A DNA stretch of 63,550 nucleotides, counting the filler, from Rhabdomonas costata (Eukaryota): assembly GCA_019059605.1 (NCBI GenBank). It is 53 parts of 53 records of this genome, joined end to end, with 100 filler letters (N's around TTAATTAATTAA, not from the genome) between each part and the next. Parts side by side here need not be neighbours in the genome. Positions count along the whole stretch, not along the records: positions 10,819 to 11,919 come from JAHMHO010028544.1; positions 12,020 to 13,118 come from JAHMHO010028545.1; positions 13,219 to 14,319 come from JAHMHO010028546.1; positions 14,420 to 15,520 come from JAHMHO010028547.1; positions 15,621 to 16,720 come from JAHMHO010028548.1; positions 16,821 to 17,920 come from JAHMHO010028549.1; positions 18,021 to 19,111 come from JAHMHO010028550.1; positions 19,212 to 20,312 come from JAHMHO010028551.1; 45 more parts are not named here. One strand, given 5' to 3'. The notes below the pieces were generated by a model that saw only the letters and a program-made list of their open reading frames with translations, was not told where the DNA came from and made no database searches. This document shows positions 11,376 to 23,907 of this stretch, piece by piece. Position 1 is the stretch's first letter. Each line of letters begins with the position of its first letter. The translations under genes and the position numbers were made by a program.

Positions 11376-12019
11376 TCTTTTAGACGATTGACTACACCTA
11401 TTTCCAGAGGTATAGGACACCACATTCTTCCCTTGAGTTGCGCTGGTGAGTGTACTTCCTGATTTCCGTGCTGCGCCGGGTGGTGCGAAACGGTTTCTCA
11501 TAACCCACAACTACGTGGACCCTTTCGGAAAAATGCCACTGCTTGCCGCAAAATACAAGTACAGAGTCTGGCAACAATAGCAATCACACGCACTACCACA
11601 ATCGCAAACTCTCTCTCTCGGATCAGTCACAATCGCATTCACGCCGATATCAATGAACAAAAAAAAGCCGGAATCCGAACCACGGCCCTACAATTGGGTC
11701 ACAGTTCTTTCAACGAGACGGGTGACGTGGAAGATCAACAACAATGATATGGTCCAGAAACTGAGTGGCCCAAGAGATATCCACAATCCTAAGGCTCCAC
11801 TCAGTTGCACCTGTTATAGCAGAGTCAACGAGGGAGACGAAGGCCCAAAACGGACCGTTTACCAAACCCGTAGAGTCCGCCGAGACAGAGGCACATAGAA
11901 AAGGAGGCCCCCACACAAANNNNNNNNNNNNNNNNNNNNNNNNNNNNNNNNNNNNNNNNNNNNTTAATTAATTAANNNNNNNNNNNNNNNNNNNNNNNNN
12001 NNNNNNNNNNNNNNNNNNN

Positions 12020-12210
12020 TGATCGCCAGCCCCAGCATCGTCATTAGACGCTCCGCCTGCTTCTTCTGATCGGAAAAAACATGCTCTTCACCCCGGGGTC
12101 GGAGTTGAACAGCTCCTCGTAGAAGGTCTGCCCCAGCTGCATGTCTGTCAGCAGCCCAAAGGATCGTCGCACCGTGATGATGTCGGCAACGCTCACTAAT
12201 TCGAAGGTTT
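12020..12210 (-). CDS. Globin domain (3/3, flavohaemoglobin-like), partial, with a frameshift in a T6 run
   Basis: ADIITVRRSFGLL...LGQTFYEELFNSDPGVKSMF / SDQKKQAERLMTMLGLAI, with Tyr B10, Pro C2, Phe CD1 and Gln E7. Frame changes at 12074-12079. Confidence 0.8.
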
Positions 12211-15200
12211 TGGGGGTCGATGCGGTTGCCGAGGTCGGGGACGTAGGCTCGTCGACGCCTTGGACTCGCACGGGCTCCCGGCGGCCCCGGTTCACACTGA
12301 CCAGTGCTCCCATGTCTGCCAACCTCCACAAACCAAGCAACCAGACAGCAAAATCCACTAGTACACCTTTTGACCTGAGAAGAGTCGCAGCGCGCACATG
12401 GGCATCGCGGCGACTCATTGAGCCTATCGACCAAAAGCTTGCTTCGCAGCTCATGCTCGTATGCACAATTTAGGCATTACTCCGGACTTCAGCGCCATTT
12501 CTGGGTCTTCCAAGTCTCCAAGCCAGTCCAACAGCTTCACAGGGATCACCCAGGAACAAGCAAAAGTCTCGCCTTCCGATGAGTTATCCAACTTGCGAAT
12601 GTGAACCACGCCCTCCCCCCCCCCATTTTTAACATTATGGAGGTTTTGTTGCGAAATTTGAGGTGAGCCGGAAATGACAAGGTCACAAGCACATGCTCTC
12701 CAGATCCGCGAAAAAATGTCTTACGGGTTGCCTCAATGCCCCAAGCCACCCCCAGGCACAAATCCCCTTCTTGGCATACCCCGCTGCGGTGCCTGGTGTC
12801 CCAACCAGCCTTTCTCGACTCTGCTAAGCCCAAGAACCGGCAAGAAACCTGAGTCTGATGTGCCAGGCACATCCACATAGCCGGGAAGGCACAATGCAAG
12901 AGAGACACGCAAGCTGAAGATGACAAGATGAACGGAAAATGTCCCGCAAGGTTGCGAGTGGGCTGAGCACGAGACCAACAAATCGGAAACCACAGACCAC
13001 TGAGATCTCCTCTGAACGGTTGGCATCAAAGAAAAACGGGGGTGGGACGCTGTCCCCAAGCACTGGCACCACACACAACGAGTGCCCAAAAGGGCCGACG
13101 GTGGGGGTGGGGGTACAGNNNNNNNNNNNNNNNNNNNNNNNNNNNNNNNNNNNNNNNNNNNNTTAATTAATTAANNNNNNNNNNNNNNNNNNNNNNNNNN
13201 NNNNNNNNNNNNNNNNNNGTGTTTGGTGGGGGGGGGAGGAAGCAGCCATCAAACTTGGGCATATTCACCCAGATCAAGCCCAAGCTCCGGTCTCTGACCC
13301 ATATCCAAAAACATAACAGGACGCAGCGAGGAAAGCATGCAACGGTGGTGCACAGTGATTCGTGGAGATCAAGAGGACACCCCAAGCAAGCTGCGAAGGT
13401 ACGATAACCAAGAACAAACAAGATCTCGTCCTGCCGAAAAAGCACCTGAAGTGTGTGCCGAACAATTGGGACCCCGGCCTCGAGTTTGGCCACGGGCCAA
13501 AACACGCTTAGCAGGCTTGCCGTGGGGAGGTACAGGAAGGGCGCCACCCGCACGCTGGGTGGTAAACCCAACTCATTCGAAGGCGGCAATATCCTACAAA
13601 CATGCCCCCACCCCCTGCAATAACACTGGCATCGTGACGTAATCACACATGGAGAGGCAGAACAACCGTCACAGCGACGCAGCTCCGCGTAAGTATTTCA
13701 CAGGACGACGATCACCTGCACAACAGGCATGGACAACAACACCCGAATTTCTGATTGCGCCGAAATCAGTCAGCTACCTGTCGTGGAGATGCAAACCTTT
13801 TATATGACGACAGAAACCTTTCCACTGCATGGCCATCCATGAAGAGCGAAGATCACACGCTGCCGTACCCCATCTGTCGAGATTGCCCTTCGTCCATTCG
13901 TCTCAAAAAACGCGTTTGAGCACTGACCTGAGGAATGACTCACTGACTCGTGGAGTGCAACATGTTGGAAATGGAGCCGTTGGGACCTCATTTTAGCCCC
14001 AATTTTGCAGCTCAACTTTTCACATTGACATTCACGCTGACATTCCCCTGCAAAACCAACTACCGAATTTCTTAGCGTGCAAGACTAAAACAAATACCAG
14101 TGCACTTGAAGTGACTCAATTAAAAAACCTCAGGTTCAACTGCACACCGGGTACCCAACTCATCCATGACGTAGTAGCGCCTCTTGCCAGGATTCTCCAC
14201 ACTCCCCTTCACCGAGCACGTGAACGCTACACGGTGCAAGTTGTCCACCACATCTGACACCGCGGTGTCGGCGGTAAGACTCAACATCTCCACAAGCCGA
14301 GCGTGCAGCGACGGGTGCTNNNNNNNNNNNNNNNNNNNNNNNNNNNNNNNNNNNNNNNNNNNNTTAATTAATTAANNNNNNNNNNNNNNNNNNNNNNNNN
14401 NNNNNNNNNNNNNNNNNNNTGTTTTTGTAACAAGTGCACAAATCTTTCCAAGCCAGCAAATTGTAAATGACCTGATGGGTTGGAAAGATTTGTGCACTTG
14501 TTACAAAGACAGCCGGAGATGTGGGAATGGGGGGGGGGGGCTTTGATCTATGCATTGAACAGCAAAAAAAGAAAGCGCGCAACAAAAGCACTCACAAATA
14601 ATGTCCGACAGCGGTTTCCCAGCAAAGCTTTCTGTCCCCTCTTCCGCTCCGCCGCGGGCCCCCAAAAAGTGATCTCTCAGCCGTCCCCCACCAAAACCAC
14701 CACCCCACTCTGAAGAAAACGAACGCACGAAGAGAAACAATGGTCTAACCTGCCGAGAGAGAGACCACCCTCACAGGCGCCCACGCCCCCGAACAGAGGA
14801 GCGCAGCCAGGCACATGGGGTAACTATCAGCAGCAGGAGAGAGAGAAAAGGAAGCAAGCACAGGCCTCTGGCGCAGAGAAGAAAAGGAGCAGGAATATCC
14901 ACACCCACACGAACAGGCAGAGGGGAGGGGGGGGACCGACATAGAACGAAGGCATACCACCGCTCAGAATATCAGAACAGGAGAAGGTGAACCCCTTCTT
15001 ACTGACCCCCTGGAGGTGGCTGCGAGGGTTCTGCAAACGACATAAGAAGCGAGGCAAAGGATACAGACTTCTCGCCCGTTTCGGCGTTGAAGCTGTTTTT
15101 ACTCCAGTGGGGCAGTGGGGTAATCTTTTTTGGACATTTGGCTGATGACGTTCCCTTTTTGAGCGCGCTTCAGTGAGACGAAAGTGCGCAACCACCGAAC

Positions 15201-16854
15201 AAGACAAGAAGCAAATACGGCGAACACGGGATGTCGTCAAGCCCCTCCTCTAAACAATGTCACCGCAATGCAGCTGGTGTGTTATATCCCACTGACTGAG
15301 TTGTCAACCGAAGCAAAACATTTTCATGAAGGTGAATTGAAGAAGAGCAACATATGATTGCAAGAAAGAAAGGCAAGGGAAAGACAAAATTGTCAAAAAG
15401 AACGGGAAAATTGCCGAATTTTTCGAATTGCGCGGACCTGAGCCCTCCTCATCGTCCATGCCGTCCATGCCTATACACACACACACACGTACACACTGAA
15501 AAAAGTGCAATGGGTAAGTTNNNNNNNNNNNNNNNNNNNNNNNNNNNNNNNNNNNNNNNNNNNNTTAATTAATTAANNNNNNNNNNNNNNNNNNNNNNNN
15601 NNNNNNNNNNNNNNNNNNNNGTGTGTGGTTTATCGTCGTTCAACGTTTTAACAACGCCGTCGGTTTAACGTTGTTGAAGTTTGAGTTACGAGACTGGGCA
15701 TAGTGTACAGTGTAACGTTGTTAAACCGTTCAAAAGCCATTGAACATTCCTCCCTAGGAAATGCGCGGATCCGACCCTCCTGCGAAGGAGCTTCCGGAAG
15801 ACTTTGCCAGTTGAGATTTTGACCTTGCCGTGAGGTAAAAAAAAGTGAGAAATGTAAAAGCCTCTGCTCATCTTTTATGTTGCGTCTTCTTCCTTTTTGC
15901 TCTGGACGCAAACCTGGGCCAAGAGTAGTACAAGGCCGAATTTTTTTTTTTGCAAAAATGCAACGTTTTTTCTCGGTTTGCCTTTCCTCATTGGGTTGGC
16001 TACTGCACTGTTGGTTCTCCTTCGTGTTCAGTCTTCTTTTTCTTCTTAAAAATGAGTTCGTCCGATTCTTCCTAGGACCACCCCACATTTGCGAAGTAGC
16101 ACACTGAGTCCTGTCCACGCGTGATTGGTGACTTCACCGCGCGGCTTTCTTGCAAGTTTACGCAATTGCAACCGAGGCGATGGAGGGTCGAACGACGGAG
16201 TCGAGCATAGCAGGAGGTGGCACGGCGCGTTAATGCTGTCGTGGGGAGGGTCGTCATCAATCCTCATGTTGCCATCCCTACCCTTGGGAGCAGTGCGAAC
16301 CCTGCTGGAGTCACCACCTGGGTAGTCAGTATCCCAGCATCCCACAAAAATAATGCCACACACACTTAGTTTCTGCTTTTCCTTGTTTGCGAAACCCTGA
16401 ACTTACTACGTTCGTCCCTCACTTCGTTGCGTTTTGGGAGTAAGAGGCTCTTTTTCTGTGGTCATCTTTTTTTACATCTTATATTTTTTTTTTACGTTTC
16501 CGGTATGTTTTTATTGGTAATGTCTATTTCAAAAAGCCAAAAAGGCATTACATGTAGTGCAGGATTAACGGTTGAATGAAGGATAAGCGCCGGAGCTTTA
16601 CTCATGTCGAATGTTCTGGCTTTCCCAGTGTTCGTGTCGTGGTCATTATGTGTCATGGGTAATGATGAGTTGGGTCATAATGCGTGATATGCCCCCCCCC
16701 CACCCCAAACACACCCACACNNNNNNNNNNNNNNNNNNNNNNNNNNNNNNNNNNNNNNNNNNNNTTAATTAATTAANNNNNNNNNNNNNNNNNNNNNNNN
16801 NNNNNNNNNNNNNNNNNNNNTGTTGGGTGGAACAGGAGGTCAGCCGTGTACCGC

Positions 16855-17593
16855 TCAGCTCACCTCCTGTTTCACCCAGCCCTCGGAGCTGACGGCCAGC
16901 CACCGCTGCACTGCAGGACAGTCAAGGGCAACGCGCAGCCCCTCCGTCCCTGAGCCCTGGGCCAGTGCCGCCGTGACGAGCCGCTCGCAGGCCTCCACGC
17001 GGAGCGCTCTGCGCACCCGCTTTCTCTCTGCGCTGTCCTGTGACCAGCCGATGAAACAATAATTTTTGGAAGAAAAAGGTCTCGGTAGCATCAACAACTG
17101 TTCTGCGTACAATGGCCCTTGCAACAGAGAAACCGCGAAGCACAAGCGAATCAGCAAGAGGTACGAATAGAGAGGTAGGTGTTGTGTTCAAAAAGAAAAA
17201 GAGAAAGGAAGGCTTGTGTGGGAGGGTTCTTTGAAGATTGCTGCTATGCGGGTTCGTGAGATGCGTTGCTGGTGTGACGAGGGCGGTGTCGGTGCAAGGG
17301 AACCAAAATAACGGGGAACGACCGGACCGGTCTGTTTGCACTACAGCACAGGGTCTTCGCTCCAAAAAAAAAAGGATCCGTACCAACACCAAGAGTAGAA
17401 ACAGACCCCAGACTGTAATGAGAAGGGCTGCGTGAACTGGTCCCAAGGGAATACAGCCACCCACCCGATAACGCACCTCGAAGCTCTCGAGCTCGCTGGC
17501 TTTCCTGCGGGCAACGTCCAGAACGTCCTCCGGGATTCCCGCGAGGGCAGCGACGTGGATCCCAAAGCTCCGAGAGGCAGGCCCAGGCTGCAC
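16855..17593 (-). CDS. MSH2: MutS homolog, MSH2-like, last two exons (17593-17477, 17037-16855)
   Basis: VQPGPASRSFGIHVAALAGIPEDVLDVARRKASELESFE is the MutS C-terminal HTH. SFGIHVA and KA.ELE.F are MSH2-typical. GT-AG intron is in frame. Confidence 0.78.
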
Positions 17594-18859
17594 CTGAGCG
17601 GTGTGCCAAAGATTCGAATGCAAAGCCAAGCGGTCTTTGCAGTTCCATTCATCTCGAAATGAAAATGGAAAATGTTTCCTGGGCCCACCGCGTGGACTTA
17701 CAGAGGTCTGGAGTTTTCTATCTGTACTGCTTGAATATGATGTACCTTTGGCTGCATTGTTTAAGTACGTGGTTTGGGTTCAGCGGGTTGGTACTTTTTG
17801 CTCACGTGAAAAGGCAATGTTTCCGGAGGTTATTTCACTTGAAGTTTCAACTGCTGGTGTTTCCCTGGACGCGACCACCCACCCCTGGATCAATGGCCGT
17901 TCGGGCACCCCCCCACAACCNNNNNNNNNNNNNNNNNNNNNNNNNNNNNNNNNNNNNNNNNNNNTTAATTAATTAANNNNNNNNNNNNNNNNNNNNNNNN
18001 NNNNNNNNNNNNNNNNNNNNGTGCTTTGCTAAGACGTACCACAACAGGGCATCAACCTCACCGGGCTTACATAGTCGGGATACAACCCATGCCACCAAGG
18101 ATGACACGATGCCATAGGAGACCACCACCATGTCAGGTTGGCACATAGGCATAGGGTAGCGTTGCACATCCCCTATCCACTACTACGCCGAACCCTGACA
18201 CTGGAAGAAGTACACACACAAGGTTACACTACTAATAGTAGCAGAGCCCCTACGTTGGCATACGCGCATTTTACTATGGTGCCTTAGCCATACAACAGCG
18301 TCCTACCACCCAGCTGTACCCTACTATGGCCCTCAGGTGCATACGCTACCAGGCTCAGTTCGGCTTTGCCATACCGCGCGCTACTGTGGTGGGTGCGGAA
18401 CCATTACATCAGCAATGGCTATACGTGGGATGCAGGCTGGCGGTACTTGGCCTCATGACAGACTACCCGTCCTGTTCTCATCCCCGCATAATGTTGTAGA
18501 TGAGGTCATATACGTGTGCCCGAACCTGGGGTACGCCTTGACTCGCCTCACCCTCCCCTGGTATGCTTCTTGGTCAGTGACATGGTTTGAGCTACTACTT
18601 CGCGTAACCGCCATTACCTTCCAGTGCGTCCACCTTCACAGCCTCACCGTTCACCAATAACCGCCTTAAGTCCAGTAACAACACCCTAGCCAGAATCCGC
18701 ATTCTCCCAGCCAGAATTTACACCCAACTCCTTGAGTCTGATAGATGCTACATGGCTAGCCACTTGACACCACTAACTTAATCTTTCGACTGTTCCACAA
18801 GCCCCGAATGATCTCCCCCGTATGAATCCCTGCGATATCCCGAAGGACATCAGCAATGA

Positions 18860-19010
18860 CCCCCAACCCAGAGACGCGAACCCGAAGACCAACCTCCGAA
18901 GAGGGAATACCGAATGCACGAAGGCCGAATACCCAAGGCGGAACCCAGAACCCCAACTCCGAACCCAAACCCCAAATCCTGACACCCATCCCCGAAGCTG
19001 AACCCGAATG
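18860..19010. repeat. Degenerate CCGAA/CCCAA hexamer-like tract
   Basis: CGAACCCGAAGACC...CCGAATGC...CCGAACCCAAACCCCAAA, similar to tracts at ~6900 and ~35200-35340. Confidence 0.5.
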
Positions 19011-19382
19011 AGAGAATGAGAGAATGACAGCGAACACTTAAGGCCTCTAAAAAACGTTTTTCACCGTGACGCGAACTTTTATACCGACACGAGATTTCGG
19101 CACCAACCACCNNNNNNNNNNNNNNNNNNNNNNNNNNNNNNNNNNNNNNNNNNNNTTAATTAATTAANNNNNNNNNNNNNNNNNNNNNNNNNNNNNNNNN
19201 NNNNNNNNNNNTGCCCACCAGCCTGTTTTTCACCTCACCGTTGGCCGACGTTTCAATTCCACTCCTCCATTATAACTTTGTCCCCAAAGTGTCCCCAAAG
19301 TGGGTGGTGCTGTGAATGGAGAGATGGCGGTGTGTACTCGATTGTTTTATCTTAGCTTTGAGGAAAGCCTGGTGTTCCTGTG

Positions 19383-20312
19383 ATGATGGCAGACCTTAAA
19401 GTCGCCGTGTGTATAGTAGGGGCGGGCCCAGCAGGGCTTGGTGCTGCTCTGGCCTTCCACCAGACCGGGCACACAGATGTCCACGTCTTTGATTCTCGGG
19501 AGGTTCTGGAGACGGACCCCGAAGAAACCTACCCGATTGGGCTGAACGTCCGGGGCCAGCACTGTCTGCTCCAGCTGTGCGGCGAAGACTTCATCACTGC
19601 CTCGCAAGTCCGAGCCATGGGGCTACCGGTCCAGCGGTGGAAGATCTGTGTGGGTAAGCTCAACGTGGCCAATGTTTACTCTGGGAAGGTTCTGGGAATG
19701 ACCCGTATGGACGTCGTCCAGACCCTCCTGCGGTGTGTTCAGGACCGGCACGCCGCCACGCTGCACTATGCGCACAAGGCGGTTGGCGTGGACCCGAAGG
19801 CCAAGACGGTCACCTTCACCACGGACTCCGGGAAGCCTTTCACCGTGGAGGCGGACCGGCTCATTATCGCGGACGGCTACCGCAGCAAGCTTCGCGACGA
19901 CCTTGCCCGGGAGCATCCCTCGGAGCTTTCGGTCTCACAGTGGACGTGGAACAACTGGTTTCGGGTGATGTGGACGGCCCCAAACCCCACGACCGAGCTC
20001 GACCCTGGGATTCACTACATCTTCTCGGGCGGGCTGTACGTTGCAAAGCTTCCTTCGGGGCGGTGGACAATCAGGTCATGCGCAGGAGGATTTCACCCCT
20101 CTTTGGGTTCAGAAGTGAATCTTTCCCAGAGTTGGGATATTTTTTAATCCTCATACGAAGGGTCTAAAAGATCCTTTTAGTGGTGCATATTCTCTGTCTT
20201 GAATCAGCACCTGTCACCGGGAGGGCAGCGCGGAGACGGAGTTCATGCTGAGTGATGAGCCTACCAGGGAAAACGTTGCAAGCTGAAAGCGTACATCAGC
20301 AAACTGGCTACC
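19383..20312 (+). CDS. FAD-dependent monooxygenase (kynurenine 3-monooxygenase-like group), 5' part (19383-20074; 20208-20312)
   Basis: VCIVGAGPAGL Rossmann motif, YPIGLNVRG, LIIADGYRSKLR (DG motif). GT-AG intron 20075-20207. Apparent 1-nt deletion near 20281. Confidence 0.88.
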
Positions 20313-20412
20313 NNNNNNNNNNNNNNNNNNNNNNNNNNNNNNNNNNNNNNNNNNNNTTAATTAATTAANNNNNNNNNNNNNNNNNNNNNNNNNNNNNNNN
20401 NNNNNNNNNNNN

Positions 20413-20900
20413 GTTTTGCGGCGAGGTTGAATGTTGGCATCATCTAGAGCCATTTGTGTTCTGGGGTTGGTTTCCGCGATTCACTTGGTTGCTTTTGTGG
20501 TGGGTGTTGGTGGGTGTACGGGTGTGCTATATGAGTGCTTGGTTACGGTGTATGAGTGCTGCGTGTTAGGTGGTTGCGGTGGGTAAGTATGGTGGTAGTG
20601 GATGTATACCGATGAGCTGTGGTGGCGTGTGTGCTTGCAGTGGTGTTGCTTCTGTTGCAATGCGTTAGTTGGAGTGTCCTAGCTCTAGGATGCTTTGTTT
20701 CGTGGTGGTTTTCAGGTTAATTGTGAGTACGTTTGGTGGTGAGGCTGCGTGTATTGGTGGGTTTTGTGGATTGTTGAGATAAAGGTGTTGTGTTTGTGTA
20801 GTCTAATATGTGTTGTAGGATTGGCGTGCTGTGTTTCTCTGGTGTATGTTATTCTTCTGCAATGTGGTTGGTTTATAATGTAGGGTTGTAATTATGGTAT
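20413..20900. other. G/T-skewed non-coding stretch, probable amplification-primer concatemer
   Basis: Strongly G+T-biased patchwork (GTGGTGGGTGTTGGTGGGTGT, GGTGGGTTTTGTGG) with no coding signal. Switches abruptly to RT-like sequence near 20900. Confidence 0.55.
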
Positions 20901-20919
20901 CATGTGGCGTAGTAAACCA

Positions 20920-21330
20920 TCGGGGTCGGCAGCTCCGGCTGGAAGACGTCCCACAGGAAATCATCCAGATACCAGCGGCTTTGGAGTCGGAGGTTGTCCG
21001 AGTGCCGTACCAAAGGGCGAATGCACAGGGCAAAAAAAGGGGCCGCACGGGTCCATTATTCGATCTGGAACGAAAAAGCGACCAGGGGCGTGGGGTCAGC
21101 GTGGCAAAAGGCAGCAACTACGGTAAATGAGTTGCTTTTTCTCGGATCATGTGCGTCCTGTCCACCTGATTGAAGGCGCTTCGCGGGTCCACTTGTCGGA
21201 AACCTTCATTGATTGCGGCATCTTCGCGCCAAAGGCGGGGTGGACAATGGCTTCCGCGCCAGCAGGAGTGGTGTAACGGTCCTCCTAATGTCAGAAACCG
21301 ATTCTTCTCCACCGGCCAAGGATCACTCCT
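20920..21330 (-). mobile_element. Decayed CRE-like non-LTR retrotransposon reverse transcriptase
   Basis: QVDPRSAFNQVDRTHMIREKATHLP*LLPF, DPCGPxFFALCIRP (frameshifted) and RWYLDD occur in canonical order. Confidence 0.72.
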
Positions 21331-21621
21331 TGCCCGGAAACACGTACTCCCACAACACATACTTTCACCCACATTTCCCCCCCAACAAAATTCCCTTTTG
21401 GCCAAATGACCTTTCTGGTCATTCCCCTTGACCATTGCTACTGTCTTTTCCCTGCGCAACACCCCTTGTCTTTTCGTGCTTTTCTTCCTGCGTTTCCTTT
21501 GGTACCGCTTTTCCNNNNNNNNNNNNNNNNNNNNNNNNNNNNNNNNNNNNNNNNNNNNTTAATTAATTAANNNNNNNNNNNNNNNNNNNNNNNNNNNNNN
21601 NNNNNNNNNNNNNNGGGGGGG

Positions 21622-22101
21622 TGGAAAAGGGAGATGTTGACATCAGCGCAGAGCTCGTGCAGGAAGTGCTTCAGCGCCCCGGGCCTCTCTGGGAAGGTGA
21701 ACCTGGTACAACATTAGATGTAAGACAATCGATTACGTCATGTAGTTCTCAGAGAAACGTCAGAGCACCGGCACTGCACACGTAATCACTTCAGCAACAA
21801 GCACAGTCACATTGCGGTACACACATTGCTAATACAAATTTTGCTGATGAATGGGTCGGTGTGCTGCAATTCTTGGCTGGCATTGAACGTGGAGCGGAGC
21901 ACAACGTTGGCCACCAGAAAAAAAAATGGAGCAATTTCTGGATCGAAGTGAGGCCGCGGCACACCGGAACAGCCTCTCATCGGGGGCCTCGCTGCGGCCA
22001 CCCACGAGGTACCGGGCATGGCCCTTGGCCACCTCGTTGTCGGTGAGGTCCGTCGCCCGCATGCCCGCGCCCTCGATTGCCTTCACAATCTCCTGACGCT
22101 C
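21622..22101 (-). CDS. ilvA: Biosynthetic threonine dehydratase C-terminal regulatory domain, two exons (22101-21965, 21702-21622)
   Basis: TDLTDNEVAKGHARYLVGGRS...ERLFR|FTFPERPGALKHFL...NISLFH, with a phase-2 GT-AG intron. Confidence 0.9.
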
Positions 22102-22409
22102 CTGCGAGCCCAGCAGATGCGCGGGCGTCGGGGTGGTGCTCGGAACACGGACAAACCTGTGTGGCTTGACTGCACGACTGCTTTCCTGATGCTGGGACTC
22201 ATGTGGTGCGCTGCCCAAAAACTGACCAACTACCGTGCCAGTCAGTGGCAGCGAAGAAAACAGAAGAAAGGGAAGCCTACGTTTTGGGACTTTTCGTTTC
22301 CCAGCGTTTGGGCGGAAACAAACAACTGCTTCTGCACAACCGAAATAACTTTAGAGTACTTGGGCGGTAGCAGTTTTGAAGAGCGACACAGCTCTGTTCC
22401 TTTGTACCA

Positions 22410-22715
22410 ATGCTGATATGAGGGAAATTTCCCGGACGAGAACGAAGAAAACGCCAAAGTGAAACATCCATAACCGGTAGTTGAAACAAGTGTTTCAAAT
22501 AAGAAAATTCCTTTTGCAAATTCTTATAATAAGCATCATCGAAGGACTCCTCAAGTAGCCCTGCCTGTCCAAAGAAAATAGCTTCCACTTTAAAAAGGCT
22601 GTCACGGTGTTTATCGACAGCTCTTAAAGGAATTATACCAGCCCATTTTTCAAAAGCATCTCCGTTAAGACCAAAGCCAAAATTACGAGCCAGAGTTATA
22701 AAGAAGGCATCTTCC
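22410..22715 (-). CDS. Bacteroidetes DUF2851-family protein fragment
   Basis: EDAFFITLARNFGFGLNGDAFEKWA...VEAIFFGQAGLL...LQKEFSYLKHLF...WRFLRSRPGNFPH. Intronless and AT-rich compared with host exons. Confidence 0.85.
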
Positions 22716-23713
22716 NNNNNNNNNNNNNNNNNNNNNNNNNNNNNNNNNNNNNNNNNNNNTTAATTAATTAANNNNNNNNNNNNNNNNNNNNNNNNNNNNN
22801 NNNNNNNNNNNNNNNGCTGAAGAACACCTACCTGCCCAAGCTGACCTCCGGGGAGTGGACGGGAGTGATGGACCTGACGGAGTCGCAGGCCGGGACGGAC
22901 CTGAACCAAGTGAAGACCAAGGCCGTGCCTGTGGGCGATGGCGCATACAGCATTTCTTTATGGGATGCTTTTACCAGTTGACCAGTTCTACTAGTTCAAG
23001 TGTATGCCAGTAGTAGCCTTTTTTGTAGTTTTTAGCGGTGCTATCCGGAAATTGGTTGAAGGATTGATGAGCAACTGAGTGTGAATTGTCAGCGTCCTTG
23101 ATATAATTACCTCATCGATATGTTTTTTATATTGAAGGTGGCAGAGCTGGCCAGGATTGCCCTGGATAGAAGCTGTTTTCAGCGCGTCCCTCAGCTGCGG
23201 TTGCGTCCGCAAGGACGTTGGCTTAGAGATGTTCCGAGGAAAGGTCCAGTTACCTTGGAGGCCAAGGGATCGAAACCCCATTGAAATTTCTTTCCTGCTT
23301 TTTCCTCCTCCTAATGGCCAGTTAAACAAAGAACAAAGAACAGTTAAACAAAACAACAAAGAAAGTTGTACCGCACGCAGCCCGTGGTCCTCTTCCTATC
23401 AATCAAAACTCGTGGTGCTGTGGGTACCACCCAACCTTTTTCAATGTTCTCTGACAATAAAATGAAATTCGAAAATATTCATGCTAATGCAACAATGTTA
23501 GATACGGAGGCCTGCACGATCCGGAGCGGGTGGATGAGGCGGAAGCGTCACCCTGGGACCCTTGATGACTCTCTGATTCATGGCGATGGCGAGCGTCACA
23601 TTAGGGAGAAAAGGGTAAAGGGTAAAGGGAGAATTTTCCACATTAAAAGTTGAGAAAATGAGAATCAACGAAGCAGCGAAGCAAACGGGGTGCGAAAGGT
23701 TTATTCTCGTTGA

Positions 23714-23907
23714 GCATTTCAGGATTACCGCAAGTCTGGAACAGTGTGATGATCAAGAAGCAGAACTATCTGAAACGGACTGAGCCCGAGGACTGGACAC
23801 GCATTCGTCGATGTTCAAGATAAATATGTACTCGGGCTCAGTCCGTTTCAGATAGTTCTGCTTCTTGATCATCACACTGTTCCAGACTTGCGGTAATCCT
23901 GAAATGC
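23714..23907. repeat. Perfect 77-bp inverted repeat at contig end (23714-23790 / 23831-23907)
   Basis: Arms are exact reverse complements with a 40-nt loop, followed by an A/C tail. Confidence 0.93.

Noticed and set aside
16290..16345. PAN/apple domain suggested by CWDTDYPGGD
   Set aside because: The downstream cysteine pattern is missing and the match is too short.
20413..20900. Telomeric or G-quadruplex repeat
   Set aside because: There is no periodic unit, and the composition matches concatenated G/T primers.
23714..23907. 77-bp perfect hairpin as structural RNA or hairpin telomere
   Set aside because: Same fold-back signature: perfect identity, terminal position and A/C primer tail.
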